Below are positions 58,102-64,000 of a stretch of DNA of 64,000 nucleotides, in pieces. Positions within the stretch are counted from its first letter, which is position 1. Each line of letters starts with the position of its first letter. The translations under genes and the position numbers were made by a program. The stretch comes from an uncultured Actinomycetota bacterium (GTDB taxonomy: Bacteria; Actinomycetota; Actinomycetes; Propionibacteriales; Nocardioidaceae), in assembly GCA_963711615.1 (NCBI GenBank), contig CAVQEY010000004.1, positions 38,617-102,616 on the forward strand, in the 5' to 3' direction. The notes below the pieces were generated by a model. That model saw only the letters and a program-made list of their open reading frames with translations, did not search any database and was not told the origin of the DNA.

Positions 58102-58578
58102 ATGACGAATCGACTGCAGCCCGGAGACGTCGCGCCCGACTTCACCCTCCCTACGGACACCGGCGAGACGGTGACCTTGTCCGACCTGCGCGGGAGTCGC
58201 GTCATCGTCTACTTCTATCCCACCGCGATGACGCCGGGCTGCACGACGCAGGCCTGCGACTTCAGCGACTCCCTCGACCACCTGAAGTCCGAGGGCTACA
58301 CCGTGCTCGGCATCTCGAAGGACACCACGGAGCGGCTCGCGAAGTTCCGCGAGAAGGAAGGACTGACGATCACGCTGCTCTCCGACGTCGACAAGGTCGT
58401 CCTCATGGCGTGGGGCGCGTTCGGAGAGAAGAAGCTGTACGGCAAGGTGGTCGAGGGTGTCATCCGCTCGACCTTTGTCGTCGACACCGACGGCAAGATC
58501 GAGCTGGCCCAGTACAACGTCAAGGCCACCGGACACGTCGCGAAGCTGCGGAGGGATCTCGGCCTCGAGGCGGCCTGA
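58102..58578 (+). CDS. bcp: Thioredoxin-dependent thiol peroxidase (BCP)
   Basis: YFYP.AMTPGCTTQACDF, GVIRSTFVVD. Confidence 0.93.
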   Translation: MTNRLQPGDVAPDFTLPTDTGETVTLSDLRGSRVIVYFYPTAMTPGCTTQACDFSDSLDHLKSEGYTVLGISKDTTERLAKFREKEGLTITLLSDVDKVVLMAWGAFGEKKLYGKVVEGVIRSTFVVDTDGKIELAQYNVKATGHVAKLRRDLGLEAA

Positions 58579-58583
58579 GCGAC

Positions 58584-59012
58584 ATGGAACCCACCAAAGA
58601 CGACGTCGACGCCTTCCTGGCCGAGCTCGGCAGCGACGACATGACGACGCTCGACGCGCACATCGCCGACGTCTTCGGAGCCGACCGCGTGCTGTGGAGG
58701 GGCATCTTCTGGGGTGGCTCCGAGCAAGCCATCATCGGCTACGGCGACTGGACCTACCGGCGGCCCGGCAAGCCCGACGTCAACTGGTTCATGGTCGGCC
58801 TCGCCCAGCAGAAGAACGCCATCAGCGTCTACATCATGGCCGTCGAGGACGGCCAGTACGCGGTGAAGAAGTACGCCGACACGTTCGCGTCGGGCACCGG
58901 TGCGAAGCCCAAGATCGGGAGCTCGGTCGTCAGCTTCAAGCGGCTGTCTGATGTTGATCTCGAGGCGTTGCTTCACGTCGTGAGGATCGGGCGGAGTCAG
59001 CTAGACGGGTGA
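58584..59012 (+). CDS. DUF1801 family protein
   Basis: IIGYG.W.Y......WF.VGLA.QKN.IS.YI, KIG.S.V.FKRL.DVDL. Confidence 0.75.
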   Translation: MEPTKDDVDAFLAELGSDDMTTLDAHIADVFGADRVLWRGIFWGGSEQAIIGYGDWTYRRPGKPDVNWFMVGLAQQKNAISVYIMAVEDGQYAVKKYADTFASGTGAKPKIGSSVVSFKRLSDVDLEALLHVVRIGRSQLDG

Positions 59013-59131
59013 GCAGACCGCATTCATCGCCGCTCGATGACGACTCGCATCACCGGATCGTCGCGATCTGCTCGAGTCGCATGACGGAGGGGTCACATTT
59101 CGCCTTCGTCTCGCCTATTCTTTGGGTCCGG

Positions 59132-59214
59132 GCCGAAGTGGTGGAACTGGGTAGACACGCGGCGTTTAGGTCGCCGTGCCTTCGGGCGTGCGGGTTCAAA
59201 TCCCGCCTTCGGCA
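59132..59214 (+). tRNA. tRNA-Leu (anticodon TAG)
   Basis: Acceptor stem GCCGAAG/CTTCGGC, D-loop TGGGTAGAC, anticodon arm CGGCG-TTTAGGT-CGCCG, long variable arm GCC-TTCG-GGC, T-loop GGTTCAAATCC. Confidence 0.96.
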
Positions 59215-59233
59215 CCGAGCAAACCGGTGAACC

Positions 59234-60274
59234 CTACGGGGCGGGGATCTCGCCCGACCCACGAAGGATGAAGCGGGTCGGCACGATGACCCGCTGGGCG
59301 GGTGAGGTGTCGCCGTCGATGCGGGCGAAGACGCGTTCTGCAGCGAGCCGGCCGATCTGGATGGCGTCCTGCGCGATGACGGTGATGCCGGGCTGCAGGA
59401 GGTCGCCGAGGGGAAGGTCGTCGAAGCCCACGAGCGCCACGTCGCGCTCGAGACCGAGGCTGCGCAGTGCCCTGATGGCGCCGACCGTCACCAGGTTCTG
59501 TGCGGTGAAAAGTGCCGTGGGCGGGTCGCTGGCCTCGAGCAGCGATCGCACCGCGGCCTCGGCGACGTACTCGTTGGTGAGGCCGTCGATCGTCGGCGAT
59601 ACCGCACCGCTCAGACCGAGTGCATCGACACCCTGCAGGAAACCTTCCAGTCGGGCGTGTGCGGTGGCCAGCGCCGGACGGTCGCCAAGGAACGCGATGC
59701 GACGGTGCCCGAACGACGCGAGGTGCTCGACGGCCTGACGCGCTCCGCCCTGGTTGTCGACGGCGACGCAGTCGGCGTCCAGACCGACCGGCGGACGGTC
59801 GACGAACACGATCGACATGCCGGCCGCGATCTCGGTGGCGAGATAGGCATGGTCATGGCTGGCGGGCATCAGGATCAGGCCGTCGATGCGCCGGGTGGCG
59901 AGTGCGTGCACGAACGGCTGCTCCCGCTCGACTCGCTCGTCGAGGCTCGCCGAAAGCACCGAGACGCCGAACTCCTGGGCGACGTCCTCGGCCGCGCGGT
60001 GCAGGGCCGCATCGAACGGGTTCGCCACGTTGGCCAGAAGAAGTCCGAGGGTGAGCGAGCGGCGGTCGGAGCGACGCAGGCTTCCCGCGGCAAGGTCGCG
60101 GCGGTAGTTGAGCTCGTTCATCGCGCGCTCGACCCGCTCGGCCGTGGATTTGGCCACGTAGGCCTCACCGTTCACGACGCGCGACACCGTCTTGATGCCG
60201 ACCCCGGCACGCTGGGCGACGTCCTTCATGGTGGCGCGCCCTCGGGGCGGAAGCACCGACTGGTCGTCCGACAT
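59234..60274 (-). CDS. LacI family transcriptional regulator
   Basis: TMKDVAQRAGVGIKTVSRVVN, VGFDD, PGITVIAQD. Confidence 0.93.
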   Translation of the reverse strand: MSDDQSVLPPRGRATMKDVAQRAGVGIKTVSRVVNGEAYVAKSTAERVERAMNELNYRRDLAAGSLRRSDRRSLTLGLLLANVANPFDAALHRAAEDVAQEFGVSVLSASLDERVEREQPFVHALATRRIDGLILMPASHDHAYLATEIAAGMSIVFVDRPPVGLDADCVAVDNQGGARQAVEHLASFGHRRIAFLGDRPALATAHARLEGFLQGVDALGLSGAVSPTIDGLTNEYVAEAAVRSLLEASDPPTALFTAQNLVTVGAIRALRSLGLERDVALVGFDDLPLGDLLQPGITVIAQDAIQIGRLAAERVFARIDGDTSPAQRVIVPTRFILRGSGEIPAP

Positions 60275-60282
60275 CGATGTCA
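60269..60282. promoter_or_regulatory. Candidate LacI operator 1 (CGACATCGATGTCA)
   Basis: Palindrome with central CG overlapping the regulator start codon. Confidence 0.65.
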
Positions 60283-60356
60283 CCTTTCGCTCATTGCGTT
60301 CACCATAGTGGTTGACGTTGGCTCTCAAGTGAGGTAGAACTCACGGTAGACCAATC

Positions 60357-60370
60357 TGACATCGTTGTCA
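60357..60370. promoter_or_regulatory. Candidate LacI operator 2 (TGACATCGTTGTCA)
   Basis: Near-palindrome with central CG, 18 bp upstream of the SBP gene; matches operator 1. Confidence 0.7.
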
Positions 60371-60388
60371 TAACTTGAGGAGAACATC

Positions 60389-61459
60389 GTGTCCCGCACC
60401 CCCATTCGCCGCCTCTGCGCCGGGCTCGCGCTCGCGCTGGTCGGCACGCTCGCCCTCTCGGCCTGCGGATCAGACAGTGGAGGCAGCGACGGCGACGTCG
60501 GCGTCTCGCTGATTGTCAAGACCACCACCAACCCGTTCTTCGTCGCGATGCAGGACGGCGCGAAGAAGGCCGCCAAGGAGCAGGGCGTCGACCTGACGCT
60601 CGCCGCCGGCAAGTCCGACGGCGACGAGGCCACCCAGATCCAGGCGATCGAGAACGCGATCTCCCAGGGTCAGAAGGGCATTCTCATCACGCCCAACGGC
60701 CCCGGCGTCGTGGACGCTATCGAGAAGGCCCGCGACCAAGGCCTGTTCGTCATCGCCCTCGACACCCCGCCAGACCCGGCCAACGCGGTGGACATCACTT
60801 TCGCGACCGACAACTTCGCCGCCGGCAAGGCGATCGGTTCGTGGACGGCCAAGAAGCTCGGCGGTGAGAAGGCCACGATCGCCATGCTCGACCTGTTCGA
60901 CGACAAGGTCGTCTCGGTCGACTACAACCGCGACCAAGGCTTCCTCGAGGGCATGGGCATCGACACGAAGAACGCCAAGAAGAACGGCGACGAGGCCAAG
61001 TCCGGCAGCTACAGCGGCGGCGAATACGAGCTCGCCTGCAACGAGGCTACGCAAGGCGCCGAGGACGGTGGAACGACCGCGATGGAAACCTGCCTGTCAA
61101 AGAACGACAACATCAACGTCGTCTACACCATCAACGAGCCCGCCGCCTACGGCGCGTACCAGGCGCTGAAGAGCGCGGGCAAGGAGAAGGACGTGACGAT
61201 CATCAGCGTCGACGGCGGGTGCGCCGGAGTCGGCTACGTCGGGGATGGTGTGATCGGAGCCACCGCTCAGCAGTATCCGCTGAAGATGGCGTCCGAGGGC
61301 GTCAAGGCCATCGCCGCGCTGGAGAAGGACGGCACCAGGCCGAAGCCGACCGAAGGCCTCGACTTCTTCGACACCGGAGTCGCCCTCGTCACCGACGAGC
61401 CGCAGGACGGCGTCGAGAGCATCGACACCGCCGAGGCGAAGTCCATCTGCTGGGGCTGA
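60389..61459 (+). CDS. Sugar ABC transporter substrate-binding lipoprotein (FrcB/fructose-like)
   Basis: Lipobox LSAC; NPFFVAMQDGA, AGK.DGD, FATDNF.AG, TINEP.A.GA, SVDGGC.G, QQYP..MA. Confidence 0.9.
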   Translation: MSRTPIRRLCAGLALALVGTLALSACGSDSGGSDGDVGVSLIVKTTTNPFFVAMQDGAKKAAKEQGVDLTLAAGKSDGDEATQIQAIENAISQGQKGILITPNGPGVVDAIEKARDQGLFVIALDTPPDPANAVDITFATDNFAAGKAIGSWTAKKLGGEKATIAMLDLFDDKVVSVDYNRDQGFLEGMGIDTKNAKKNGDEAKSGSYSGGEYELACNEATQGAEDGGTTAMETCLSKNDNINVVYTINEPAAYGAYQALKSAGKEKDVTIISVDGGCAGVGYVGDGVIGATAQQYPLKMASEGVKAIAALEKDGTRPKPTEGLDFFDTGVALVTDEPQDGVESIDTAEAKSICWG

Positions 61460-61466
61460 CCCTGTG

Positions 61467-61500
61467 GGGGCGGCGGGTCGTCCTCCCGTCCCGCCGCCCC
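61467..61500. other. Intercistronic GC hairpin after the SBP gene
   Basis: GGGGCGGCGGG...CCCGCCGCCCC, 11-bp perfect stem. Confidence 0.6.
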
Positions 61501-61578
61501 ATCCCCTTGCCAGCCGACCAACGGAGAACGAGCCATGACCACCTCACCCACCCGTCCGAGCCACAGGAGCGATCTGCC

Positions 61579-62586
61579 ATGACCGAGGTCCTCGTCCACG
61601 ACAGAGAAGGCGAGACGGTCGCCCAGCGCATCCACCACGTGCTGCACCGCCATCCGGCCCTCAGCCCGGCGTTGGTGCTGGTCATCTCGATGATCGTGTT
61701 CTCCATCCTCAACGACCGCTTCCTCGCCCCGCAGAACCTCTCCCTCGTCGTGCAGCAGGTCGCCGTGATCGGTGCCCTCGCTGTCGGGCAGACGCTCATC
61801 ATCCTCACGTCCGGCATCGACCTGTCGGTTGGAGCACTTATGCTGCTGTCGACGATGGTCGCCGCGCGGACGGCGTCGGTGAACGGGTTGCCCGGACCGC
61901 TGGCGCTCATGATCGGGCTGGGGGTCGGTATCGCCGCGGGCCTGTTCAACGGTTTCCTCGTCACGAGGCTCAAGCTGCCGCCGTTCATCGTCACGCTCGG
62001 CACGCTCAACGTGTTCACAGCGCTGATGTTGCTGTACTCATCGGGCGCGAGCGTGCGAGGCTCCGACATGCCCGGCCTGATGACGTGGACCGGCACCGTG
62101 ATCACGCTCGGTGACGTCCGCATCACCACAGGCGTCATCATGATGATCGCGCTGTATGCCGTGGTGTCGTTCGCGCTGAGCCAGACCGCATGGGGCCGGC
62201 ACGTGTACGCCGTGGGCGACGACGCCGAGGCCGCCCGGCTCTCCGGCATCTCGGTGCGGCGCGTCCTCCTGAGCGTCTACGTCACCGCCGGGGCGACCTT
62301 CGCCCTGGCCGGCTGGATCCTGATGGGCCGGATCAACGCCGCCAGCCCGAACGCCAGCGTCGATGCGAACCTCGACTCGATCACCGCCGTGGTCATCGGC
62401 GGCACCAGTCTGTTCGGTGGGCGGGGAGTTCTCTGGGGCAGCCTGATCGGTGCGCTCATCGTCGGCGTGTTCCGCAACGGGCTCTCCCTCGCCGGACTCG
62501 ACGTCCTCTATCAAACGCTCGCGGTCGGCATCCTCGTCATCGTCGCTGTCGCGGTCGACCAGTGGATCAGGAAGGCGCGCGCATGA
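61579..62586 (+). CDS. Sugar ABC transporter permease (RbsC/FrcC-like)
   Basis: GQTLIILTSGIDLSVG, PPFIVTLG, GRHVYAVGDD.EAARLSGI, AVVIGGTSLFGGRG. Confidence 0.93.
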   Translation: MTEVLVHDREGETVAQRIHHVLHRHPALSPALVLVISMIVFSILNDRFLAPQNLSLVVQQVAVIGALAVGQTLIILTSGIDLSVGALMLLSTMVAARTASVNGLPGPLALMIGLGVGIAAGLFNGFLVTRLKLPPFIVTLGTLNVFTALMLLYSSGASVRGSDMPGLMTWTGTVITLGDVRITTGVIMMIALYAVVSFALSQTAWGRHVYAVGDDAEAARLSGISVRRVLLSVYVTAGATFALAGWILMGRINAASPNASVDANLDSITAVVIGGTSLFGGRGVLWGSLIGALIVGVFRNGLSLAGLDVLYQTLAVGILVIVAVAVDQWIRKARA

Positions 62587-63362
62587 GCAACCCAGTGAAT
62601 GACCGGCAGCCGGTTCTCCAGGCGAAAGGCCTCGTCAAGCGCTTCGGCAACGTCGTCGGCCTTGCCGGTGTCGATCTTGAGCTGTACCCGGGCGAGGTGC
62701 TGGCCATCATCGGCGACAACGGCGCCGGCAAGTCGACCCTCATCAAGTGCCTCTCGGGAGCGCACGTGCCCGACGCCGGAGAGATCGTCGTCGACGGCGC
62801 GGCGGTCGAGTTCGAGAACCCGCTGGACGCACGCCGCGCCGGCATCGAGACCGTTTACCAGAACCTGGCCGTCTCCCCCGCGCTCGACATCGCCAGCAAC
62901 CTCTACCTCGGCCGCGAGGAGCGGCGACCCGGCTTCCTCGGCTCGGCGCTGCGCCTGCTCGACAAGAAGGGCATGCGACGTCGGGCCCAGGAACAGGTCG
63001 AGGCGCTCGGGATCACCACGCTGCAGTCGATGACCCAGGCCGTCGAGACGTTGTCCGGCGGCCAGCGTCAGGCGGTGGCCGTGGCGCGATCAGCTGCGTT
63101 CGGTTCGAAGGTCGTCATCCTGGACGAGCCCACGGCGGCACTCGGCGTCCGCGAGACCGCCCAGGTGCTCCGGCTCGTGCGCGACCTCCGCGACCAAGGC
63201 CTTCCGGTGATCATCATCAGCCACGACATGCCCGCCGTGTTCCAGGTGGCCAACCGGATCCAGGTGCAGCGACTGGGTCGTCGCGTCGCGGTGATCACGC
63301 CGGACAGCCACACCCCCTCAGAGGCCGTCGCCATCATGACCGGCGCGGTCGACGCAGCCTGA
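62583..63362 (+). CDS. Sugar ABC transporter ATP-binding protein (FrcA-like)
   Basis: GDNGAGKST, GIETVYQ, LSGGQRQ, ILDEPTAALG, IISH. Confidence 0.95.
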   Translation: MSNPVNDRQPVLQAKGLVKRFGNVVGLAGVDLELYPGEVLAIIGDNGAGKSTLIKCLSGAHVPDAGEIVVDGAAVEFENPLDARRAGIETVYQNLAVSPALDIASNLYLGREERRPGFLGSALRLLDKKGMRRRAQEQVEALGITTLQSMTQAVETLSGGQRQAVAVARSAAFGSKVVILDEPTAALGVRETAQVLRLVRDLRDQGLPVIIISHDMPAVFQVANRIQVQRLGRRVAVITPDSHTPSEAVAIMTGAVDAA

Positions 63363-63376
63363 AGACGGGGTCCGCC

Positions 63377-64000
63377 ATGCTCCTCGTCGTCGGTGAGGCG
63401 TTGGTCGACGTCGTCGAGCAACCCGACGGCAAGCGCAACGAGCACGCTGGCGGGAGCCCGGCGAACGTCGCGGTCGGGCTCGGGCGGGTCGGACTCGACG
63501 TCACCTTTGCCACCGCGCTGGCCGACGACGCCCATGGCGAGCTGATCCGTTGGCACCTGGCCGAGTCGCGTGTGAACGTGCTGGCCTCGGCCGCCGAACG
63601 CACGTCGTCGGCGGTGGCCAGGCTCGACAAGCACGGGTCCGCGAGTTACGAGTTCGATGTCGCGTGGGATCCCGGTCCGATCAAGCCGAACGAGACCCCC
63701 TCCACCGTCCACACCGGCTCGATCGCGGCCGTGCTCGACCCGGGAGCCGGCGAGGTCGAGGCACTCGTCCGTCGCCTGCACCCGACCACGATCGTCACGT
63801 TCGATCCGAACGTCCGACCATCCATGATTCCCGATCGCGTGGCGGCCCTATCCCGGATCGAGGGTCTCGTCGCGCTGGCCGACGTCGTGAAGGCGAGCGA
63901 CGAGGACCTGGCCTGGCTGTATCCGGATGAATCCCTCGACGCCGTTGCCGAGCGCTGGCTCGCGGCCGGTGCGTCGCTCGTCGTGGTTACCCGCGGAGGA
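63377..64000 (+). CDS. PfkB-family carbohydrate kinase (fructokinase-like), 3'-truncated
   Basis: Own translation: MLLVVGEALVDVV...HAGGSPANVAVGLGR...HTGSIA...FDPNVRP...VVKASDED. Confidence 0.9.
   Translation, partial: MLLVVGEALVDVVEQPDGKRNEHAGGSPANVAVGLGRVGLDVTFATALADDAHGELIRWHLAESRVNVLASAAERTSSAVARLDKHGSASYEFDVAWDPGPIKPNETPSTVHTGSIAAVLDPGAGEVEALVRRLHPTTIVTFDPNVRPSMIPDRVAALSRIEGLVALADVVKASDEDLAWLYPDESLDAVAERWLAAGASLVVVTRGG

Noticed and set aside
59132-59240. tRNA-Leu as an integration site for the sugar operon
   Set aside because: No integrase and no duplicated tRNA 3' end seen in the window.
61535-61582. 15-aa uORF overlapping the permease start as a regulatory leader
   Set aside because: More simply explained as the permease's true start displaced by a one-base indel; no terminator follows it.

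Overview
High-GC actinobacterial chromosome. The Nocardioidaceae/Aeromicrobium-like assignment is inference from gene content. Bases 1-24,150 are a conserved core block: nudC-adnB-adnA, malate synthase plus an Nramp-like transporter, ATL/MGMT, moeB, TetR, DUF3107, ferritin-like, DEAD helicase, L,D-transpeptidase, ParA, SDR, hydrolase, PHP, His-phosphatase, MaoC dehydratase, acyl-CoA dehydrogenase and a DMT transporter. Bases ~24,160-41,400 are an accessory Wzx/Wzy surface-polysaccharide island with no visible integrase. It holds two paralogous GH16 enzymes, a protein with an 18-bp VNTR, a multiply frameshifted fibrinogen-like/beta-propeller/FN3 gene, CDP-alcohol phosphotransferase and cytidylyltransferase, Wzy, Wzx, a Wzz-like protein, an ECF sigma factor fused to a ZAS motif and TM segment, GT2, PssD and an unusual PssE-priming-transferase fusion. 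A 12-bp motif recurs in three of its intergenic regions. To the right lie WS/DGAT and an esterase, a TIR-TM-glycerophosphodiesterase fusion divergent from a small membrane protein, aldR-ald, two tandem LPDTG surface proteins built from an unrecognised Cys/His-rich ~80-aa repeat, a malyl-CoA lyase/thioesterase pair, a leader-peptide/terminator attenuator before an 86-aa orphan gene, phoA, bcp, tRNA-Leu(TAG) and a LacI-regulated fructose-type ABC operon. Best candidates for new biology are the TIR-TM-GDPD receptor-like protein, the PssE-PGT fusion and its island, the His/Cys repeat surface proteins, and the attenuator. Several single-base indels suggest the assembly may contain errors. All family assignments come from motif recognition by eye; no searches were run.
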